Part shown: one piece after another, positions 25,679 through 36,731 of the stretch
Position numbering within the stretch: position 1 is the stretch's first letter
Layout of the letters: the number at the start of each line of letters is the position of its first letter
Source of the DNA: Eukaryota sp. TZLM1-RC
Taxonomy: Eukaryota; Protista; Metamonada: BaSk clade
Assembly: GCA_040285825.1 (NCBI GenBank)
Contig: JAUPSS010000001.1
Coordinates: forward strand, 806,001-870,000
Length of the DNA: 64,000 nt
Direction of reading: 5' to 3'
Made by a program: the position numbers and the translations under genes
The notes under the pieces: generated by a model
Database searches by the model: none
Told to the model about the DNA's origin: nothing
What the model saw: only the letters and a program-made list of their open reading frames with translations

Positions 25679-26413
25679 ATGAAACTAACTGTTATAGGCC
25701 ACTGGGCAGGATATCCTAAAGCTAATGACGCTACCTCTGGTTATTTGCTCCAGCACGATGGTTTCAATGTTCTTATTGATTGTGGTAGTGGTGTATTGTC
25801 CAACATGTTGCACTTCGTTTCTTACACCGAACTGCATGCAGTTGTCATCTCCCACTACCACCATGATCATATTGCTGACGTAGGTCCACTACAATACGCT
25901 AGGCTAGTGGAAACACAGCTAGGCAAGGTGAATTCTCAACTCAAAGTATATGGCCCATCGTATGATCAGGATACACTGTCAAAGTTAAAGAAACCTCCAT
26001 TTGTTGACACTGTTCCATATGACCCGCAAAGCCGAAAAACAATAGGTCCATTTGAGTTGGAATTTCATGAAAATATCCACTCAATTAAATCATTTGCCAT
26101 TAAGGCTACTTGTGGATCCAAATCAGTAGCTTATTCAGGAGACACTGCCTATCATGAGACATTGGCAGAGTTTGTGAGTGATGTAGATTTGTTCATTTGC
26201 GAGGCGAGCTTCTATCCTTGGCAAGATGCAGTGCCTTATGGACACTTAACAAGTACAGAAGCAGCGAGAATTGCTCAAAAAGCGTCAGTAAATCATCTTT
26301 TACTTACACATTTACCTGACTTCGGAAATGTAAACGAGTTGCTTGAGGATGCTAAGAAACATTTCGAACAGAGAACGAGTCTGGCATTCAAAGGGTGGTG
26401 TTGTGAGATATAG
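25679..26413 (+). CDS. Bacterial-type MBL-fold metallo-hydrolase (short RNase Z / Bacillus YhfI-like)
   Basis: LIDCGSG, SHYHHDH (HxHxDH), YSGDT, DLFICEA, GH, LLTH. ATG at 25679, no introns. Confidence 0.88.
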   Translation: MKLTVIGHWAGYPKANDATSGYLLQHDGFNVLIDCGSGVLSNMLHFVSYTELHAVVISHYHHDHIADVGPLQYARLVETQLGKVNSQLKVYGPSYDQDTLSKLKKPPFVDTVPYDPQSRKTIGPFELEFHENIHSIKSFAIKATCGSKSVAYSGDTAYHETLAEFVSDVDLFICEASFYPWQDAVPYGHLTSTEAARIAQKASVNHLLLTHLPDFGNVNELLEDAKKHFEQRTSLAFKGWCCEI

Positions 26414-26582
26414 TTGTTTTTGTGGTTTGATTCCATTGGAATGTGGAAGTGTAAAGAAAATGGTGTGCTGTTAAAGTAACTACAAGTGATTCAATCAATC
26501 AACATTTTGACACCATAAATACAATAGACTTGATGACTAGACACTAGCATTAGTAGAGAAAAATTCGTTAATGAAACTTTAT

Positions 26583-29500
26583 TTATAAGTCAAGTTTGAG
26601 ACAACTTTTGACAATTTTCTTCAAAAAAGATTTCTTGACAAATTCAGGATCTTGGTTGACATTCCAATGCCCGTACTTTCTATAACAAGAAGGGTCGTTT
26701 TTCCTATCACACTTGTCGCCAAACTTGCACTTATAAGGAATCACTGGTATAGGTTCATGGAAAAAAGTGAAGCGATGAAGAGGATCCTTAAGACCTTCAC
26801 AACTTACCCCATGTTCACATACTTCCAGCTCAACGTGGTCAAATAGTCTGCAGTGTTCCTCGTTTTCCACATCTTTACAAAATCCTGAATATCGACATAT
26901 ATGTTTAAACCCCCTTAAATGCTTGGCTCCCTCGGAGGTCTTTCCCATATGATCCACATAGTAATACTCGCAGGTATAAGGATTAGGACATTGGGGTAGT
27001 TCAGAGTTTATGCTAGCAGCACTTTTAGTAATAGAGGAAGATCTTGGTTTTTGAAACGATTTTGTGGATGTAAAATGTTGAAAAAATGTTCGATGAGATA
27101 GTGAAGCCAACTGGTTACAATTTTTAAAGGGGCAACGTGGAACATGGTGAAATTTTGAAATATGATCTCTTTCATCAACACGTTTGCAGGGAAAGAGCAA
27201 ATCTTGACATGGAAGCATAAAATTTCGAGAATTTTGAATTAAATCGTATTTAATTAAATCTTGGCATTGAGCTAGACAATCCCCAAATCCACTAAATATA
27301 ATTGAATCAAAAAACTTGTGGAAAATGGAAAGTACAAATGATAAAACAGTCATTGCACCAGGAATAGGGTTTTTGAAAGCTCCACAACCAAGAGGGCAAA
27401 TCACTAAATGAGTAATTCTGTGTTTAATGGCAGCTAAAAAGACACAAGTCCATCTCTTGTATAGTAATTGCAAATCATCAAAATGAGCATAGTCTTCACC
27501 AAAGTTTTCAACTTCCTTTCTTTGTGGATTTTGAGGAGCAGCAGTACTTATAATGGTAACTCTTTGTGGTGTTTCAAGCAATTGACATCCAGTAGCTTCC
27601 GTTATTTCAAAATTTCCACATTTTCGGTAACTACAACATCAATTTTAGCTGTTTTCCATGGATATGTTACCCTTTGGCCAGAAACTACCTGTCCACCATA
27701 CTGTTCAGGATCCAAAGCAGCACCTAGAGTTGTTCTTCTGAAAAGTGATTCTTCTTGAGCACTGGCACCCGTGAGATAACCACCACCAGGATGTTCCTCA
27801 TTAGCCATGTTGAGGACACCAACACGGTTAGTGGTAGGATCAAGGCCAATCGCACATTCAAGACAGTCTTTTTCCAAAAACTCGATCGGTTTAACATCAT
27901 TAGTTGCAACAAAATCAAAATCATGATTAAAAAAATCGTCAAAAAAATGGACAGAATTACATAGCAAATTACAATTCAATCTAGTAAAGGATTCACCATT
28001 CAGAGCATAACCATTGGCATTCACGACTCTCAAAGCATGAGCTAATATGATGCACAACACAAGCCTATAACAGTTGTTGAATCTTCGTCTAAGAGAGGGA
28101 AGGTCATAGGAATTGATTAGGAAATGGATTAATTGATCATTGTAATTTTCGACTAAATTTCCATAGTAATGCAGAGCCAAATCAACATGGGCCTTTTCTT
28201 CGGCAAAACAAACAGGATACGCAAGAGCAGGATTGAATTCCTCAACCAAAACTAATGTAATTTCTCTATTTTTCCCTTTAATTCTACAATTAAAAATCGT
28301 ACCTCTTTTTAGAACACATTCATCCTCTGTGCTGACCAGAACAACTCTTCTATCCCCAAACAAAGTGATTTTGTGCTTTGTGGAAGTGAGGCTCTGGTCA
28401 ATGACGTGTTTCAGAGTTGAGAAATTTGGACAAGGAATGAAGACTAGTTCGAATAAATAGAATTCATTAAAAGAAATTCTAAAATTTTGGTTGGAAGTTT
28501 CAATTTATTGAATGATCTCTGATTGATCTTCTTTTGAAAAGACCAAATATTCGAACAATGAAATGTCAGCCAATATTTGGTCATTTAGATAGATTGTCTG
28601 TGAATTCGGTAATAGTTGAGCCAAATTTTCGTCAATAACAGAATGATTAATTGGTGATCCATCTTCGACAACGACTGTGATCGACGTCAAGGCTAAAATT
28701 TTAGAAGTTTGATCTCTTCCCCTGCTCTTGAGCTCTACTATTTCCTTTTGCTTATCCATTAATTTTTGTTTCAATTTTTGAATCAATTGATTGTTTTTTT
28801 CATTATTATTGACCGCCAACTGATCACTGTTAGTTGACATTTCTGAAATTTCTGCCTTTAAACCCAAAACTTCCGTTTCCAAATTTTCAATGATTTCCGA
28901 TCGGTCGGCTACACAATTTTTCAAAGAGTCAATGATAGCAACAAATTCTTCATTAATTTCTTTAATTTTCCCATATTGCCCTTCTTATTCATCATGAGAG
29001 TCAGAAAGATCCTTGAAAGCTGATTCTGATTGGTTCAAGGAAACAGAAAGTGATTTAATAACTGATGAATAATTGGTAGATTTTTCGGAGAGATCACAAA
29101 AAAGATCATAAAGCTCATTGAAAGAAGTTGAAAATGTTTTGAATTCTGAACGTTGTGACTGAATGGTTTCCTCTAACTGAGTAATTTTTGACTCCAATTC
29201 AACAATTAACGTAGACTTAAATTGAATTTCTGTATTCAATTCAGCAATCAAGTCTTGATTATTCTTGATTGATTGACAATTTGATTGATTCTCGGTTGAT
29301 AATTCCGAATTACTGGCTTTAAGTGACATAATCTCTGATTCCAGTGATTCTTTTTCAGACGTTAGAGATTTGATTTGAGTAGTTAATTCAGCAATTGATG
29401 AATTTAATTCTGCAAATTTAGAACTTTTCATCAATAATTCTTGATTCTTTGAATTAATTTCAGCATCTTTTTCTTTTAATAATTCAATTTTATCACCATT

Positions 29501-30302
29501 ATCTTTTTCATTTTTCTTAATTTCTTCTTTTAATTCACTATTCAACAGACCCAACTCATCTAATGCACTTGATAATTCATTATTTTTACTGTTAATTAAG
29601 GTGATTTCATCTTTTTAACTCAGTAATGATTGAGTTTAACTGTTCCTTTTCCAGAATTAATTCCTTTTCACTCTCCGAGTTACTACTAATTTTGCTTTAA
29701 TTTGATCCAATTCAAGTTCTCTTTCGGATATAACACTACCTAATTTTTTCTTTTCTAGCACAACCAAGTAATAATTTGTTTCTAATCTAACCAACGAGTC
29801 AGTTTTTGAGCTGACAAGTTTTTCTGATATTCTGAATATTTTGAAGTGATCTCTTCTAACTGAGACTTAAAATTTTAACACTGTTCCTCAGTCAAGGTTA
29901 AATTTGACCGAAGCTCTTGAATTTGATCGGAAATGTCTTGATTTTTGAGCTTCCAAGTCTTGTTTTTCTTCACTAACTTTGTTGAAATTTCGTTGTAATT
30001 TTTCGTAAAGTTTTGATAATTCCTGATTTTTTGACCGTCATGTCATTTAATTGATTGGTAACGTCAGCAATTTTGACCTTATCAGATTCTACTTTGGCTT
30101 TCAAATGATTAATCTCTTCCTTTAAAAATCCAACTTGTCGTTGATTGAGCTCCTTTGATTCAAGCTCAAAGTTTTTAAAATTTTGTTCCAAAAATTCGTA
30201 ATCTGACTTTGACTCTGCAAGACTTTGGGTTAATTCTTCACATTTCTGTTCGAATTCAGCAGACTTCCGTTGAAAACCTTTCAACTTGTCAATTTGAGAC
30301 AA
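26583..30302 (-). pseudogene. Coiled-coil, microbial-type PARG macrodomain, PBZ-like zinc fingers; disrupted copy
   Basis: Collinear with 43127..46843 but broken by stops and frameshifts near 27602, 28505, 28985, 29615 and 29876. Confidence 0.85.
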
Positions 30303-30657
30303 ACATAGAAAATATGATAAACTTATTGAAGAGGCTAATGTCGATAGAAATACACAGCTGGTTTTTATTGCTTTCCCATTTTCGATAAATGGAAGATGAT
30401 CAGTTGAAGCAGAAACTTTTTTGGATGACTTCCAAAAAATGGTGCAAGAAAAAACAATGAAAGATTTGATATTTTTTTTATGGCGATCACGAGATTCAAT
30501 TTGTCATTATTAAAAGATTACCTCGGTTTTTCAATCGAATTAGAGGAGCTTTAGCTAGACAGCAAGCAGATCAAGATTTTGTAGAGGAAATCTTGGTTCA
30601 ATGATAGTCGTCCCATTAGTAATGAATTAATTAAATTAAGTGTGCAAATTCAATAAA
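30300..30657 (+). mobile_element. Family-B 3' fragment (contains the empty site AAATTAAGTGTG at 30633-30644)
   Basis: Same sequence as 708..1066 and 46841..47185. Confidence 0.85.
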
Positions 30658-30741
30658 TACATATATTCAATGTTCGATTTTCACTTTTCGTTCAGGTTCA
30701 GGTGTTGACGAAAGATCATATCTCAACTACACCTTGGAACC

Positions 30742-33700
30742 ATGGTTAAGCCCGTACTTCCGTCACTTCTACTACCTGCTACCTTGTTCGTTTGTCTTTT
30801 ATCTAGACAATCTTATTTCTTATTTGCTTTTGTTCCTTCGCTTTTTCTTGCTATTAAGCTTCCGAATCAGAAATAGCCCCCGCTGCTCTCTTTTGCATTA
30901 TCCTTTCTTGGTTTAGTCGCTTCTGCAGTAATCATTCCATTTGACCTCCCCCTTCTTCAGTCTTTATATATAGGTACTTGTTCTGATTCACTATGTATAC
31001 CACCATTTGCGTACTATGGTTCACTTGTTTTCTTGTTATTCATCTATCTTCGACTGCAACCTTCTTCATGCACGCTCTCCTCACATGTCCCTCTCCTGTC
31101 CAATGTTTTATCTCAAAACCATTCTCATCCTACTTTCCTTCTCTTTCGTCCCCACACCCACCTACTTCGTCTTCTTCACCCTCATATCGCTTGTTTTGTC
31201 ATCTCCAACTTCTCCTCTCCTCTCCCACAACCTCTACCATAAGATCTTCTCCATTTGTTCATTTTCCCACCTCTACTACATTCTTCTCTCCTCTACTCTC
31301 TCCCTTCCTTACTTTCATGATCCATCTACTCTTCTTCCACTTCCTGTGTCTTTCTTCTCCACACTACACATTCTTACCCTAATTCTCTCCATTTATCTTC
31401 ACTCATCCCCTTACTTTTTCTCTCCACATCACCGTATTCCCCAAGCAGATAGTGTTGAACCTAGTCTAATCTCTCTTTCTTTTGTTCCTGACACAACTGC
31501 TTCTATTAGTGTAGCATCTGTAATTTCTTTTTTCTCATGTGGATTAGTATTAATTGCTACCTTCTTTTACCCTTCACCTTGGCTGATTCCGTTGCTGATA
31601 TATGGAATGATTCTGATTATTTTTAAATTAAGAACTTGTGGTTTTAAACGAGGTTATAGAGTTTTATTGTTTTCTATTATTTCAATTAATTTAACATTTA
31701 TTTCTTTTTCTAAACAACCAAGACGTGACCAAGATGTGACGTTGACGTATCTACTGATCAGAAACTTGATGAAGAGGTCACACCAGATCAAGATGACACG
31801 TCTGAGCCTCAACCATCATTTTTACTTCGAATGGCAACCAAACTTCAGTCAATCATTTTGAACTTCTTCAATATCAACATTTCTGACCTACCACCACGTC
31901 ATCAAACGTCACCATTACGTTGGTTAAAGCACAATATCTATAGATACTCTTCTGTATTGTCTTGCTTGCTGTGCTATCTCGCTGCTTTGTGGTTTCCTTC
32001 AATTCCCACCGTGATGATTGCTTTCACCACGATCACTTTTGGTTTAATGTCCAAATATGGAGGCAAAGCTAGGTTTTGGCAGTTTATTTTGGGAATTTAT
32101 CTATCTTTATTATTAATCCATTACATTTTCACCTTTCCTTTCTTTTGTTTTTGTGTTTCGCCATCAGATTCAATTACCATTTCCCTTGGTAAGTCATGTC
32201 TAGATCCCACCAAGTGTCCTGTTCCAAGGGAGCTTATCGATCCATCAAGTCACCCCTCAGCCCTAAGTTCGCAACTCATTTACCTTGTTGGTATTGCTCC
32301 TATAGGCAGCTTCCTCTTCTCCTACCCTCCCTTGCTGATTGCTGCATTGGGTATCGTTCTTCATCGTTCTATCTCGTTTAGAATGGGCAGGTGGGGAATT
32401 GATGTAGAGGAGAGAGTTGGGGTTCGTCATGTTTGGGGTAGGGTCGTGGTCTTCTTCAAGACTCTAATGGAGAAGCGTTTCGACGCTATTGGAGTAGACC
32501 TCTACCCATTTATGTTTTTTATTGATATACTTCAGTTAATTGCGCTTCCATTTGCCTTTTTTAGTAGCTCAACAGCTTCCCAGTCGGTAATCCAATCAGT
32601 CCAGCTCAGTTATTTACCTGGTTTCCTTGCAATTTGGTTGATTGTTCAGTTTCTGTTAATCATTATTGATAGAACTCTTTTCTATTTGAGATTCGCAAGA
32701 CTCAAAGCTCTGGTTCATTTTATTTCTAATTTCACTGTGTTAATTGTTTTTTGTTTAATTTTCCCCCGCAGTAATCACGAATTACCAATTAATGCACCTT
32801 TTCTCCTAGTCGCGGCCTTTCTGCGGTTTGTGGCTGCCGTGTTGAGCTCTCTACAACTTCGTTTTGGTTTTCCACCGCCTTCCTCCAAAGCCTTTTTGAT
32901 GAAGTCTTACGGTTCTTTTAACAATTATGGATACCAAGCCTTTAGAGTCATTCCTTTTCTTTATGAAATGAAATGTTTGCTGGATTGGTCTTTGACTACT
33001 ACTGCTTTGGAATTTAATTACTGGATGCGAATAGAAGATATTTATTCATCGTTGTTTTTAATCAAATGCAGAAGGTTATCTACAGCGAAAAGAGGTCGAA
33101 ATTTTGGTGACCCACAACCAAAATTTGACAAATTTTCGCAAGGTTTTCTTTTGTTTTTCGGTCTTACGCTCTTATTATGTTTGCCCTTAATTTTATTTAG
33201 TTCTGCTAACCCAGTCTCCAAACCAAACCCTATCCAACAGGCCAGTATTGATGTAAGTTTCAATAACTACTTGCCCATTTTCTCTCAGCATGAAGTGCAC
33301 AAAGTCGATGTTATCCCGGCTACACAATACAATGCAATTGTTAGCCATCACTCCTTGCTCCGCGATTCTAACCGTGCAGATGTACGAAAGATTACCTTTT
33401 TCACTTCATCTGATTCTGTGTGGACCATTGCTCCTCCTGCCATGAACGGGCTAGTAGAAGCTTTGGAGGATGGAAGGGGAATAGTATCTGTTACTTTGTC
33501 GTTTAACAGACACTATCCAAGCGATAGGAGGACAGCAAAGGGATGGTACTCGTTCAATTTAGATCATGAACATTGCTTAGAGTTGGCCAAGTTATTTTCT
33601 GGTGATTTAGAAGAAGTAACAATACCTTTACTTCCAAGAGCTGCATTAATTCCTCTGGCCGAATCACCAATCTTTTCTGATCAACGGGAGGATACCCTCA

Positions 33701-34080
33701 TTCAGCGTAGAGAGCGTGACGGACAGACTTATTGGTTGATCAAGGATGCTGATTCAAGAGAACCATTCTATATGTATACTTATAGTTTAGAATCGACCGC
33801 TGCACTTGGTGCTTATGCCAGCGGGGGTTTGATTGGATTGTATCTATCAATTGTGATTGGTGTTGGTAGGTTTGTTCGACTTTCATTTTCGGACAGCAAG
33901 TCCCAAATTTTTGTTTCGGCTCTCCCAAATGTGGATAAATTACTTGAAATCTGTGAGGATTTGTTCCTGGCCAGGAGTATCTCAGATTTGGTCCTTGAAG
34001 AATCAATTTACAAGGAAATCATTCAGATATATAGAGATCCAGATACTTTGATTGAATTAACCACACCACCAGTTAAATAG
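30742..34080 (+). pseudogene. PIEZO: Piezo copy with an internal deletion of about 2.4 kb; the C-terminal 749-aa ORF 31831..34080 (pore module) is open
   Basis: Piezo-like N-terminus MVKPVL.SLLLPATL from ATG 30742, with an in-frame TAG near 30874. Deletion junction at about 31720-31740. Piezo signature and C-terminus are intact. Confidence 0.88.
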
Positions 34081-35299
34081 TTATTGGTGATAGGTCGTAA
34101 ATTTAAATAGTGTTTTCGTGCTATATCTTTTGAATAAATAAAGCAGTATCTTTTTTGAGCTACTGTCTCGTTATCCGCTACGTTAACTCCAATAATCAAT
34201 TTCAACAAAATGGTTTTAAAACAAGCTTTTCATGGGATGGATGCTCTTTAATTGAGCGACTTTTGAGCGTTAAACAAAGCTTTTTCCTACTGTATTTGGA
34301 ATGGTAGCATCCGATACAAGACGTGATGTGAAGTAATGTCAAATACTACAATGTTGTGAATTTCCAGATGATAGAAGAAAAAATGGCTACCAAAAACACA
34401 TGAAACTTCTATTGATGATACAGCATATTTATTGGTATTCAGCTCAAAAATCAGAATAATAACAAGTAATCTCTCACCAATTTTAAGGGACATTGTTATT
34501 GCACAAACTACCTAACAACTCTTCGAAAATTGAGAAAAAAGGCACACAGTGTTTTTTCCCTATTTTTTTGGATTCAACAAACATTGAAATCAGCAGTGAT
34601 TTAATTTCTCGATTTTGCATTTACTGTCTATGTGTATGTAAGGTTGTCAAAACACAACGGAATTAATCATGAAAAATAAAGTTTGAACTTCTTGGATACA
34701 AATTTGGACTCCTTGTGACTGAAATTGACTGAGGAAATTTTGAAGTTGCAATTCCCAAAAAATTGGACAATTGAACTGCGAAGACTAAAAAGATGTTGTG
34801 CAAGCAGCCAAGTTATAAAAATGGACATAAAATTCTTATTGATCAGTGTTCCGGCCATACAAACAAAACTAGAGTTTTAGATCATCTTTTGTCTATTTGT
34901 AAACACAAAATTCTCTTTCGAATGTGGTTGTTTTTGGGGTTGAATCGAATTGAACGTTCTTTTGCTCAAGTTCAACACCATTGTCAGTATTTTTGAACTA
35001 CAAAAATATGGTGAGAAGACGCTAGTACCTTGAATTCTCAAAATATTTTTTTCACATTTTCAGTAGATTGGATGTCGGTACACAGACAGACAACCAGGAA
35101 TGTTGCTTAATATCATTTTACTAACAAACTTAATTTCAAACTGCTTTAAAAACAGGCAACTGTTCAAAAATTATCGTAGTAAAGTTAAATTCTTCATTTT
35201 ATAGTTCTAGTGTAGCTTCTGAAATACTTCCACAACAAATCGCATTCGCCAAAGTTTATTGGGTGCAAAACTTAATTACATTGAACTATAAGGAAACAT

Positions 35300-35683
35300 C
35301 TACGAAAAAAATTTATTAACTACATCCTTAGAATGATGTTCCACTGCATGCTGAATTAATTCAGACTCAGGGATTGGGACAAAAGCATCACACAAATTAC
35401 ATCGTTTAACTCGTGACGGACACTGTCTGTAATGGGCAGCATACTCACATCTAGTGGTGGCATAGTCACACATACAGCAAGTAACTGAAAGATTTCCTAT
35501 GATTCGTCTAATTGGGAGACATGGGTTGAGTTTAAAGGCAGAACTACGGCACGAAGGACAGGAATCTACCTTTGCACATTCGTTGCAAAAAAGTGTATTA
35601 CAACAAGAAATTTCAACAGCATCGTGCAAGACTTCCATACAAATTGAGCATTCAAAGTGAGTTGTATCATTTGAACTGAACAT
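35300..35683 (-). CDS. Small RING + zinc finger protein, copy 2
   Basis: Near-identical to 13098..13481. Confidence 0.8.
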   Translation of the reverse strand: MFSSNDTTHFECSICMEVLHDAVEISCCNTLFCNECAKVDSCPSCRSSAFKLNPCLPIRRIIGNLSVTCCMCDYATTRCEYAAHYRQCPSRVKRCNLCDAFVPIPESELIQHAVEHHSKDVVNKFFS

Positions 35684-36731
35684 ACAATTTCGTAATGATT
35701 CAATAGGTACGGAAAGGTCAAGGAACTTTGCTTCATGATTTGGACCAAAAGCAATAATAGTTAAAGACTATTATCGCTATTATAAGTTTCAGGTAATAAA
35801 CCTAGATCGTGGGTTACTAGCAGAATTTAGGTTCAAATTCATTGAAATAATGTGGAGATAATGGGTGTAAATTTTTTTTGCAATACCACAACCAATCCGT
35901 TTTGCAATTTTTAACCTCGTTTTTTAACCCTTTGCTGAGTTTTGTGAGCTTACTAGCCTATCTTGAAATAAAATCTTCTTAAAAATTATTAATGCTTTGA
36001 ACCATTACCAAACAAACCATTAAACGAGTGCCACAACACCACGTGAAACTCTGATATATCCACATGAATAAGTAGTTTAAGTTTGTTTGGTGAACCTTTT
36101 TGCAGCAAAACTGCAAAATAAAAAGAGAAAAATCGTTCGGAATTTCATGAAATGATTGGGGCAAACATTTAATATATATTTGTGTCGGCAAGTTACCGAA
36201 TTCAGAAAATAGCTAATTCAAAAATCTTCAGTATTATTTTAAAAGGTGCCGAAATTTTCCATCTTTATTTATTTATTTTCTACGAGGAATCAAATAAAAA
36301 CAAAACAAACTAAAACACATAAGAAACTAAATTCTCCACGCCAACTCTTGATGAATCCTTATAAAGTTTGGACATCATTAAACTCAAGTACTTGGGAACA
36401 TTTCTGTACGAAGCGAAAATGAAAGTTCGGGGAGGAGCTGTGGAAAGGCGTGATTGGCCAAAGATTTGCTTGGAGGGAAGTCTTGGATTGTAATACACGG
36501 GTCCAGGTGTATGAAGTCTTTGCTTAAAGTGTCATTTTCATTATGGGGATTCTCATGTAGCACGATATGTCCAAAATTGAGTAATAAATGGTGGTCTAGA
36601 TGGGGCACGTATAGAATGTAACAAATATATGAAATATGTTGTGTGAAATGGCACCTATGACCAATGGGAAATAGAAATTAGCATGAAGGAATGTTCATTG
36701 GCAATTTTGGTAATTATCATATTTTCTCACA

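Noticed and set aside
30993-31450. Several overlapping ORFs in a C/T-rich tract (also 49296..49685)
   Set aside because: G-poor composition suppresses stop codons. The tract is Piezo transmembrane coding sequence.
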